Shown here in pieces: positions 50,836-59,940 of a stretch of 64,000 nt of DNA. The position numbers and the translations under genes were made by a program. The notes beneath the pieces were generated by a model that saw only the letters and a program-made list of their open reading frames with translations, was not told where the DNA came from and ran no database searches. Origin of the DNA: Candidatus Latescibacterota bacterium (GTDB lineage Bacteria > Latescibacterota > UBA2968 > UBA8231); contig OZ252098.1 in NCBI GenBank assembly GCA_965248355.1, positions 416,001 to 480,000 of the forward strand. Direction: 5' to 3'. How positions within the stretch are numbered: the stretch's first letter is position 1; the number at the start of each line of letters is the position of its first letter.

Positions 50836-52032
50836 GTGAGCGGCGCCCTGACGCGGGAGCAGCAGGCCGCCGTCGCCGCCGCCGTGGACGAGGAGGCCCT
50901 GGCCGCCGACACCCTGGCCTTCATCGAGGTGGTCAGCGAGACCGGACAGGAGGGGGAGGGAAGCCGCTTTCTCGAGGGGCTCCTGCGCCGCCAGGGGTTC
51001 CACGTGGAGGTCGACGACTTCCTCGGCGGCCGGCCCAACGTGTACGCGCGCCTGGAGGGGACCGGCGGCGGCCGGACCCTGGCCTTCAACGGCCACACCG
51101 ACACGATCCCCGTGGGGGACTGCCACGGCCCGGGACGCGACGGCGACTGGATCCTCGGCCGCGGCGCCGAGGACATGAAGGGGGGCCTCGTGGCCATGGT
51201 CCACGGCGCCGCGGCCCTGCGCCGCGCCGGGGTGCGGCTGGCCGGCGACCTGTGGCTCACCGGCGTGGTCGGCCACGAGACCCCGGTGGGCCGCAAGGAG
51301 GGACCTCGGAGGCTGATCGAGCACTTCCGCTCCGGCCGCCTGCCGGCGGAGGCCGTGATCATCGTCGAGGGGCCCTTTGCCGTGTGGGCGGCCAGCCTCG
51401 GCTCGGCCATGTTCACGATCCGGGCCTTCGCCGACCGCGAGCCGATCCATACGATCAAGGTGGCCTGGCGGGCCAACCCGGTGCGCTGGCTCGGCGCGTT
51501 GCTGTCGGAGCTGGACCGCCTCGAGGCGGAGTACGAGGCCGGCCCTCACCACCCCCTGTGCGGCCGCCGGCAGCTCAACGTCGGCCTGGTGCGCGCCGGC
51601 GACTGGTTCAACCGGCTCCCCGTGGAGTGGCAGGTGACGGGCACCTTCCGGTGGATGCCGGGCACGACGCGGGCCGACGCCGAGGCCGAGCTGGCGGCGG
51701 TCTGCGAGAACCTGGCCGCCGCCTCGGGTCTGCGCTTCGAGGTGGAGCTGGCCAACGACCGGGAGCCCTTCGAGACGCCGGCCGGGCACCCCGTGGTGGA
51801 GGCCCTGCGCGGCGCCGGCGAGAGCGTCACCGGCGAACGCCCGGAGATCGTCGGCATGGGCCTGGTGGGCGACGCCAATCTCTACGCCAACGACGGCGGC
51901 GTGCCCACCGTGTACTTCGGACCGGCCCACGAGACAGCGCACTCCGACGGAGAGCGCGTCTCCGTGGCCCGGCTGGGGCGCTGCGCCCGGGTCTACGCCC
52001 TGGCGGCGCCCGGCTTCTGCGGTCTCTCCTGA
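50836..52032 (+). CDS. M20 (ArgE/DapE) family metallo-deacylase
   Basis: GRPNV, FNGHTDT, GRGAEDMKGG, VGHE (EE replaced by HE), AHSDGE. Confidence 0.85.
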   Translation: MSGALTREQQAAVAAAVDEEALAADTLAFIEVVSETGQEGEGSRFLEGLLRRQGFHVEVDDFLGGRPNVYARLEGTGGGRTLAFNGHTDTIPVGDCHGPGRDGDWILGRGAEDMKGGLVAMVHGAAALRRAGVRLAGDLWLTGVVGHETPVGRKEGPRRLIEHFRSGRLPAEAVIIVEGPFAVWAASLGSAMFTIRAFADREPIHTIKVAWRANPVRWLGALLSELDRLEAEYEAGPHHPLCGRRQLNVGLVRAGDWFNRLPVEWQVTGTFRWMPGTTRADAEAELAAVCENLAAASGLRFEVELANDREPFETPAGHPVVEALRGAGESVTGERPEIVGMGLVGDANLYANDGGVPTVYFGPAHETAHSDGERVSVARLGRCARVYALAAPGFCGLS

Positions 52033-52033
52033 C

Positions 52034-52764
52034 ATGCCGACGCTGCTGCGCGGCGGCTCCCTGATCCTGCCGGACCGCGTCGTCGAGGAGGGCGCCCTGC
52101 TCGTCGACGCCGCCGGGGCCGACTTCATGGACGGCACGGACCAGGCCTTCCGCACCACTCCAACGCCACCCTGCCGGAGGTGGAGAGGGCCTGCCTGGAC
52201 TGGGGCGTGGGCCACGTGGACCACCTGTTCTGCGCCATGTCGGACAAGACCAAGCTGCGCCGGGAGTCGCCCTGGCCGATGCGCGCCGGCCTGCTCGAGG
52301 CCACCCTGCTCCTCGACGAGCTGTCCACCGAGGTGATCGCCGACGGCGTCCACCTCGACGCCGGGCTGCTGCGTCTGGCCTGCAAATTGAAGGGGCCGGA
52401 CCGGCTGGCCCTGGTGACCGACTGCAACCGGGCTCTCGACCAGCCGGACGGGGAGTACCGCTTCGGTCCCGCCGCCGGCGGCGAGCCCTTCCTGCGCCGC
52501 GGCGGCGTCTGCGTGCCGCCGGACGGCGGCGGACCGGCCTCCTCCTGCCAGGGCATGGACCACATGATGCGCACCTTCCGCGAGCTGACCGGCGCGCCCC
52601 TGCCCGAGGTGGTGCGCATGGCTTCCCTGACGCCGGCGCGGATCCTGGGGATCGACGCCCGCGTCGGCAGCCTGGAGGCGGGCAAGATCGCCGACCTGCT
52701 GGTCCTCGACGAGGGGCTCCGGGTGGAGCGCGTCTTCCTCCAGGGGCGCGAGATCCACGACTAG
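52034..52764 (+). pseudogene. nagA: N-acetylglucosamine-6-phosphate deacetylase remnant with internal deletions and frameshift
   Basis: GADFMDG, HLFCAMS, IADGVH, LVTD, MASLTPA, GSLEAGKIADL present; the PGFIDxHxHG and HLEGP segments are missing. Confidence 0.75.
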
Positions 52765-52793
52765 CGATCCCGCCCCGCGGATCCACCCGGCCC

Positions 52794-52830
52794 CCGGCGG
52801 CTCCCGCCGGGCCGGTGGCGCATCCGGCCA
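52794..52830. promoter_or_regulatory. Candidate paired bEBP UAS, class A (GGCGG-N3-CCGCC x2, 21-bp period)
   Basis: CCGGCGG-CTC-CCGCCG (52794) and GTGGCGC-ATC-CGGCCA (52815). Confidence 0.45.
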
Positions 52831-52895
52831 TCCCACGGCCGGCTGCGGCGGCTCTTTCCCTTCCTGACCCCGAGTGACGCCCGGCTGCGGCCGGG

Positions 52896-52911
52896 AGGCA
52901 CGGCGGTTGCT
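52896..52911 (+). promoter_or_regulatory. Sigma-54 -24/-12 promoter P1
   Basis: AGGCAC-GGCGG-TTGCT upstream of the small HTH gene. Confidence 0.7.
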
Positions 52912-52977
52912 GTCAAGGATCCTCGACCGCTCGCGCCGGGGAGCCGCCCCGGCGTCCACCCACACCGGGAGGGAGCC

Positions 52978-53169
52978 GTGAATCGGGGATTCGACCAAGC
53001 GACGATCGAGCGCGTGGCCCGCATGTACAAGAGCAACCAGGAAGCCTGTGCCGCCCTCGGCATCACCCTGCGCAGCTTCGGCCGCCTGTGCCGCAAGTAC
53101 GGCGTGGACACCCCCTGGGTGAAGAAGCGGCGGGAGCGCGTCGCCGTGCAGGCGGCCGCCCCGTCCTGA
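52978..53169 (+). CDS. Stand-alone Fis-type HTH protein (63 aa)
   Basis: GGAGGGAG RBS; NQEACAALGITLRSFGRLCRKYGV resembles the bEBP C-terminal HTH. Confidence 0.75.
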   Translation: MNRGFDQATIERVARMYKSNQEACAALGITLRSFGRLCRKYGVDTPWVKKRRERVAVQAAAPS

Positions 53170-53207
53170 GGCAGCGTGTCGGGGAGTGTGCCGGAGGCGT
53201 GACCCAG

Positions 53208-53246
53208 GTGTCCGGTAGCGGACACAGCTGTACGGAAACAGGTCAC
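53208..53246. promoter_or_regulatory. Candidate paired bEBP UAS, class B (GTGTCCG-N4-CGGACAC)
   Basis: Perfect palindrome GTGTCCG-GTAG-CGGACAC plus a weaker CTGTACG... site 20 bp later; near-identical motif at 59673. Confidence 0.65.
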
Positions 53247-53286
53247 CGCCGGACCCACTTCAGGAGGTGACAGGGAGGAAACGGGT

Positions 53287-53302
53287 TGGCACGGCGATTG
53301 CA
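53287..53302 (+). promoter_or_regulatory. Sigma-54 -24/-12 promoter P2
   Basis: TGGCAC-GGCGA-TTGCA, perfect consensus. Confidence 0.85.
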
Positions 53303-53350
53303 GTGGAGAGGGCGTCGACTCATTCACCCTTTCCCGACGAGGAGGACGAC

Positions 53351-53440
53351 ATGCAGACCTTTCGAATGGTGAGAGAGATCGCCGTCCCCGTGGCCATCGT
53401 CCTGTGCTGCATCACGCCCTTCCTCATGCCGGCTGGCTGA
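53351..53440 (+). CDS. Small 29-aa single-TM peptide
   Basis: GAGGAGGA RBS; MQTFRMVREIAVPVAIVLCCITPFLMPAG*; directly downstream of P2. Confidence 0.6.
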   Translation: MQTFRMVREIAVPVAIVLCCITPFLMPAG

Positions 53441-53539
53441 GACCGGGCGCGACGTCCGCAGGACCCCTCCCGAGAGGCCCGCGCCCCCATGGGCTGCGGG
53501 CCTCCGGCGTTCTCACCATCCCCCGGCGACCATCGCGCC

Positions 53540-53576
53540 GTGGCGGCGACCGCCGCCGGAGTGGCGGATCCCGCCG
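53540..53576. promoter_or_regulatory. Candidate paired bEBP UAS, class A, upstream of pspA
   Basis: GTGGCGG-CGA-CCGCCG (53540) and GTGGCGG-ATC-CCGCCG (53561), 21-bp period, followed by an AT-rich spacer. Confidence 0.55.
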
Positions 53577-53668
53577 ATTCGGCCACCTTCTCAAGAGCTT
53601 TCAGTTGTCTTTCTGAAACCATTGCCTGGCAGCGTCTTACAAGGAAATATCCTTTGTCTCCATCGACG

Positions 53669-53684
53669 TGGCACCAGGATTGCA
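53669..53684 (+). promoter_or_regulatory. Sigma-54 -24/-12 promoter P3 (pspA operon)
   Basis: TGGCAC-CAGGA-TTGCA, perfect consensus, about 40 nt upstream of the pspA ATG. Confidence 0.88.
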
Positions 53685-53725
53685 GAGGCCCGCTCACACC
53701 CATCCGAAGAGAATCGGAGGCAGAG

Positions 53726-54469
53726 ATGGTCAGATCGACGTTTTCCCGGATCTCGGATATCGTCAGGTCCAACGTCCACGACCTGCTCGATCACCTGGAG
53801 GATCCGGAGAGGATGGTGCGCCAGATGGTGCGCGACATGGAGATCGAGGTGGACCGCGTCGTCGGCGCCACCGGCACCGCCGTGGCCGGCCAGCGCCGGC
53901 TGGAGAAGGAGCAGGAGGAGCACCGGGACCGCAGCCGCCGGCTGGAGAGCCGCGCCCGCCAGGCCCTGGAATCCGGCGACGAGGAGCTGGCCCGCCAGGT
54001 GCTGGCCCGCAAGGTGCTCAGCGACGAGGCGGCCGAGGACATGGAGCCGGCCCTCGAGGAGGGACGCCGGACGGCCTCCCAGCTTCGGGGGCAGCTGGTC
54101 ACCCTGCGCCACGAGCTGGAGGAGACCCGCAACCGCCAGGCCGCCCTGATCGCCCGGATCCGGGCCAGCCGGCAGGTGGGCTTCCCGCGCGACGATCTCG
54201 CCGGCGACCCGGCGGCCGATCCCGCCGCCGAGTTGGATCGCCTCGGGCAGCGCCTCGAGCACAACCGCAACGAGTTCGACCGCCTGCGCCGGCGCCTCGA
54301 GCTGGCCCACGTGGCCGGGGAGGCCTCGGCCGAGGCGCGCCGCACCCTGCTCGGAGAGGACGGCATGCTCGGGCGCCGCTTCGAGGAACTCGAGATGCGC
54401 CGGCGCATCGATGAAGAGTTGGCCGCTTTGCGCCAGAAAGACCCGCAGTCCGGGGAGAGCGCCCGATGA
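53726..54469 (+). CDS. pspA: PspA/IM30 (ESCRT-III-like) family protein
   Basis: FSRISDIVRSNVHDLLDHLEDPERMVRQMVRDME, ARQAL..GDEELARQ.L, IDEELAALR; GGAGG RBS. Confidence 0.9.
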   Translation: MVRSTFSRISDIVRSNVHDLLDHLEDPERMVRQMVRDMEIEVDRVVGATGTAVAGQRRLEKEQEEHRDRSRRLESRARQALESGDEELARQVLARKVLSDEAAEDMEPALEEGRRTASQLRGQLVTLRHELEETRNRQAALIARIRASRQVGFPRDDLAGDPAADPAAELDRLGQRLEHNRNEFDRLRRRLELAHVAGEASAEARRTLLGEDGMLGRRFEELEMRRRIDEELAALRQKDPQSGESAR

Positions 54470-54834
54470 CCGGCCCGGACCGTTCCCCCCGGTCGCGCCT
54501 GGCCGCGGCCCTGCTCTGCTTCTTCCTCGGCTGGCTCGGAGCCCACCGTTTCTACGTGGGCAAGATCGGCACCGGCCTGCTGATGGTGCTCACCGTGGGC
54601 GGCTTCGGCATCTGGTCGCTGATCGATCTGATTCTCATTATATGTGGGGCCTTCAGCGACGCCGCCGGCCTGCGCCTGTCGTCGTGGATGCCCGCCGAGG
54701 CCGCCGTCCCACCTCGAGCCGAGGAGCTGCGGGGACGCATGGACCGCATCGACCGGCAGTTGACGGATCTTCAGGGCGTCATGATAGATATGGCGGACAA
54801 GCTGGACCGGCGCCGCTACGGACACCTGGTATAA
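54466..54834 (+). CDS. TM2-domain protein with C-terminal coiled-coil tail
   Basis: SRLAAALLCFFLGWLGAHRFYVGKIGTG...GGFGIWSLIDLI (TM2); tail ...TDLQGVMIDMADKLDR; ATGA overlap with pspA. Confidence 0.88.
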   Translation: MTGPDRSPRSRLAAALLCFFLGWLGAHRFYVGKIGTGLLMVLTVGGFGIWSLIDLILIICGAFSDAAGLRLSSWMPAEAAVPPRAEELRGRMDRIDRQLTDLQGVMIDMADKLDRRRYGHLV

Positions 54835-54850
54835 CCGCCCGGAGAGAGCC

Positions 54851-56221
54851 ATGTCTCGACCCTGCCTTCCCCTGCGTCTCGCCGCCCTCCTGGCGGGGTT
54901 GAGCGCCGCGGGCCCGCCCCTCTCCGTGCGGGCGGTGGACCTGCCCGACTACCTGGCCCTGGCCCTGCCCATCTCCGGCATCACCGTCGACGGCGACCTG
55001 TCCGACTGGCCCCGGGAGATGCCGGCCCTGCCGATCCGCAACGAGTTCGGCGCCTACGGCCCCACCGACACCGAGGGGACGGACCTGGACACCAGCGACG
55101 ACCTCAGCCCCTCCTTCCGGGTCGGGTACGATCCCGAGGAGCAGCTGCTCTACGTGGCCGTGGAGGTGCGCGACGATGTCCTCTACGCGAACCTGGCCGG
55201 CGGCAACGTGTCCCGGACCGATGCCTGCGAGATCTACGTCTCCGGGATCGTGTCGTCGGACCACACTCCGATCCAGTACGCCCTCGTGCCGGGGACGAGC
55301 ACCTATCCCACCTTCGACCGGAGAGGGGTCCACCACAACCTCCGGGCCGACAGGAGATCCCGCGGGGCCTGGGAGCGCCGGGACGACGTCGTCACTACCT
55401 ACGAGTGGGGCGTGCAGGTGCGGTCCGGCTTGCCGGCCCATCCGCGGACCGATCCGCGGCGCGGTTTTACGGCGATGAACCCGGCCCCCGGCCGGGCGAT
55501 CCGCCTCGAGGGCGGCGAGATCATCGGTTTCGACGTGGTCGTCGTCGACGGCGACGGGCCGCCCCCGGAGTTCCGTGCTCCGTCCCGCCTGACCCGCCTG
55601 CTGAGCGAGGCAACCGCCTCCTGGGTGCCCTGGGGCCCCCCGCGGTCCGTCAAGATGTATGATGACGACCGGGTGGGGCGTCTCGTGCTGGCGCCGGAGA
55701 ACTGGTCGGCGGGGTTCGACGCCGAGGCCATGGAGGAGTACCTGGAGACCTGGCTGAGAGATCATCCGGATGTCTGGATCGCGGTGATCGAGAGAGCCGT
55801 GTCCGGGCAGCCCCGACCGCATTCTCACCCTCTGGCGCGGAGGCTGGACCAGGCGGCCGGAGCCATCGGCAGGGCCGAGGCGCGGGTGCTGGAAATCGAG
55901 CCGCCGGGTCCGGCCGGGGGGGACTACACGACACCGTGGCAAGGGAGTCCTCATCCCGACCTGGTTCGTCGGGGGGACGACAACGACCGGCTCATGCTGA
56001 TCGGGGGCTGCCTGCTGGGGCTGGCCGTCGGCCTGGCCGCGGTCTACGTGGCCCGCCGCCGGCCCGGGGCGGACTCGGCAGTCCTCGGGGATCGCCTCTC
56101 GGCCCTGGAGTCGCGCATGACGGACACCCAGGACGTGATGATCGCCCTTAGCGAGAAGCTGGACCGCATGGACGCCCGGGACCGCAAGGGGGCCGAGGCC
56201 CCCTGGGAGAACGACTCGTGA
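54851..56221 (+). CDS. Single-pass membrane protein: CBM9/DOMON-like ectodomain + TM + coiled-coil tail
   Basis: Signal peptide; ITVDGDLSDWP, YD....LYVAVEVRDD, DACEIY, YEW, IGFDVVVVD; TM LMLIGGCLLGLAVGLAAVYV-ARRR; tail ...TDTQDVMIALSEKLDR. Confidence 0.75.
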   Translation: MSRPCLPLRLAALLAGLSAAGPPLSVRAVDLPDYLALALPISGITVDGDLSDWPREMPALPIRNEFGAYGPTDTEGTDLDTSDDLSPSFRVGYDPEEQLLYVAVEVRDDVLYANLAGGNVSRTDACEIYVSGIVSSDHTPIQYALVPGTSTYPTFDRRGVHHNLRADRRSRGAWERRDDVVTTYEWGVQVRSGLPAHPRTDPRRGFTAMNPAPGRAIRLEGGEIIGFDVVVVDGDGPPPEFRAPSRLTRLLSEATASWVPWGPPRSVKMYDDDRVGRLVLAPENWSAGFDAEAMEEYLETWLRDHPDVWIAVIERAVSGQPRPHSHPLARRLDQAAGAIGRAEARVLEIEPPGPAGGDYTTPWQGSPHPDLVRRGDDNDRLMLIGGCLLGLAVGLAAVYVARRRPGADSAVLGDRLSALESRMTDTQDVMIALSEKLDRMDARDRKGAEAPWENDS

Positions 56222-56916
56222 GCGCGGTCCAGGGGGCCCCTGCGCTCGAAGGCTTGGTTCCCGAGGCTGGATCCGGCCGCGCGCGCGTCTCGGATTCTCC
56301 TGCCCCGCGCAGGAGCGCGGGCCCCTTGCTCGCGGTGACCCGCCTGCCCGGGTTCGTCCTGCGCCTCGGCCTGGGCCTGGCGGCCACCCTCGTGGTCAGC
56401 GTGCGCGCGCAGCTGGCCATCCTGGAGCGCTACCCCGAGGCCGACTGGATGGCGCTGGCCGGCGGGCTGCTGGCCGGCGGGCTGGTGCTGTTCGTCGCCG
56501 TGGCCGTGGCCTTCGGCCTGCGCTCGCCGCGGCGGGCCCTGCTGCTGCTGACGGCTCTTCCAGCCCTGCTGCTGACCGCCGGGTGCCTGTCGGTGACCCA
56601 CTTCCCCGAGGCCGGGTTCCGGACCGGGGAGCTGCGCGGCGAGTGGGAGCGTCTGCACCCGACCCTGCGCCTGTCCCTGTGGATCGCCCGCCTGGGAGGC
56701 GACCTGGTGCTCACCGACGTGGCCGCCCGCCCGGCGCAGGACGGCTCCACGCCATGGAGGGGGTACGTCCGCTCCGTGGACCTGCGCGCCCGGGACGCCG
56801 GCGACCTGCGCGACTGGGCGCGTCAGGGTCTGTTCCTGGCCCTCGGCCTGAAGGCCGCGCCCCACGCCGGCGCCGCCGGCCACCTCCACGTCTCCCTGCC
56901 GCCCCGTCCCCGGTAG
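56218..56916 (+). CDS. 3-TM membrane protein with degenerate M15/LAS-like C-terminal domain
   Basis: GTGA overlap; three hydrophobic segments; LHPTLRL...LVLTD...SVDLR...HLHVS. Confidence 0.55.
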   Translation: MSAVQGAPALEGLVPEAGSGRARVSDSPAPRRSAGPLLAVTRLPGFVLRLGLGLAATLVVSVRAQLAILERYPEADWMALAGGLLAGGLVLFVAVAVAFGLRSPRRALLLLTALPALLLTAGCLSVTHFPEAGFRTGELRGEWERLHPTLRLSLWIARLGGDLVLTDVAARPAQDGSTPWRGYVRSVDLRARDAGDLRDWARQGLFLALGLKAAPHAGAAGHLHVSLPPRPR

Positions 56917-56927
56917 CCCGCCGGGCT

Positions 56928-58274
56928 TCAGAACCTCAGCGAGAACACGGTCCGCACCTCGGGTTCGGACCTGGCCGAGATCGTGCCCCGGTGGAGGCGC
57001 ATGATCTGCCGGCACAGGCTCAGGCCGATCCCCGAGCCGTCCTGCTTGGTGGTGAAGAAGGGAATGAAGAGCTTGTCCAGGGCCTCCTCGACGATGCCGG
57101 GGCCGTTGTCGGCGACCTCGATGACGACCCGGTCGCGGTCCATGGAGGCGGTCAGGTCGACGCGCGCCCCGGGGCGGCCCCCGGCGGCGTCGCAGGCGTT
57201 GCGCAGCAGGTTGATGAGCACCTGCTCCACCTGCCCGGGGTCGGCGGTCAGCTCGAGGGAGGGCGGGTCGACGGCGTGGGCGAGCGCCACCCCGGCCTGT
57301 TGGAACTGGTGCTCCATGAGCTGGGTCACCCGCTCGAAGAGGCCGCTCACCGGGGAGATCTGGAAGTCGGGGGCCGGGACCCGCGTCAGGTCGCGGTAGG
57401 CGTCGACGAAGTGCAGCAGGCCTTGCGACCGGCGGTGGATGGTGTGCACGGCGGTGCGCACGTCGGCCACGTCCTCGCCGGCGAGGGCCTCCCGCTGCAG
57501 CAGGCCTTCGGCGGTCGCGGACAGGGAGGCGATGGGCGTGATGGAGTTCATGATCTCGTGGGTCAGCACCCGGATCAGCCGTGCCAGGCCGCCATCTCCT
57601 GCTCCTCCAGCTCGCTGTGGATGTCGTGGAGGGAGACGAGGCGGTACTCCTGGTCGCCCAGGCGGAAGAGGGTGGCATGGCAGGCGAGCTGGCGGGTCTC
57701 GTCCCCATCCTCGAGGGGCACCAGGGCTTTCCTGCGCGGGCCCAAAGTCATCAGGGTCCGCACCAGGCCGGGGCCGCGGTGCTCGAGGTCGGAGAGGTGG
57801 CCGAGACGGTTGACGCGGAGCAGCCGTTTGGCCGCGGTGTTGATCAGCGACACCTCTCCGGCGCGATCGAAGGCGACGAGGCCGACGCCGATGTGCTGCA
57901 CCACCATCTCCAGATAGAGGGCCTGCTCCTCCTTCTCGGCGCGGGCGGCGCGGAAGGCGTCGAGGACCTCGTTGAAGGACCTCTTCAGCTCGTCGAAGGA
58001 GGATCCGAGGCCGCCGGTGACGAAGGTCTGGGAGAAGTCGGAGTAGCGGACGGCCTGGAAGAAGCGCGCCAGGTCGCGGTTCGTCCGGTCCACGAAGCGG
58101 ACCAGGGACCACAGCTGCCAGGCCAGGAAGAGTCCCAGGACGAGGGGCATGGCCGGATAGGCCGGGTCGCGCAGCGCATGCGGGAACAGCCACAGGCAGA
58201 GCCCCAGGAGGAGCACGCGGAGCAGGACCTGCACCCGGAAGTTCCCGAGCACGCGCTTCCGGCTCCAGGGACGG

Positions 58275-58285
<11 letters not shown>
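56928..58285 (-). CDS. NtrY-like PAS sensor histidine kinase (1-nt frameshift near 57582)
   Basis: 2 TMs + PAS, then LIRVLTHEIMNS H-box, QVLINLLRNA, DNGPG, FFTTK..GSGIGL; ...AAWHG/ARLIR junction lacks one base. Confidence 0.85.
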
Positions 58286-59660
<1,375 letters not shown>

Positions 59661-59672
59661 GGGAGCCTCCGG

Positions 59673-59712
59673 GTGTACGCCATCGGACACCGTCTGTATC
59701 GCCGGCGTGCAC
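59673..59712. promoter_or_regulatory. Candidate paired bEBP UAS, class B
   Basis: GTGTACG-CCAT-CGGACAC plus a weaker CTGTATCG...CGTGCAC site 21 bp later. Confidence 0.65.
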
Positions 59713-59778
59713 CCCCGGTTCTCGGCCGGTCTTGGCGAAAGATGCTCATCTTGTTGTGTTCCAGTAGCTTGGGGTAAT

Positions 59779-59794
59779 TGGCATGCATCTTGCG
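59779..59794 (+). promoter_or_regulatory. Sigma-54 -24/-12 promoter P4 (efflux operon)
   Basis: TGGCAT-GCATC-TTGCG, divergent from the NtrC gene. Confidence 0.85.
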
Positions 59795-59940
59795 TTTACC
59801 ATCGCGGAGCCTTTGCACAGGAGGGACTTGCAAACATCATGCCCGCAACGATCCGGATTCCCCATGTCTCACCTCTGGTGGACGTGACCCGCCCTGGCGG
59901 CGCCGAGAGCCCCCCGGGCTCCACCGGCAGCGGCGCGGCG

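Noticed and set aside
59661-59690. ORF-track start of the NtrC regulator at 59690
   Set aside because: ATG 59660 has a GGAGG RBS and begins just before the receiver domain; the extension overlaps the UAS palindrome.
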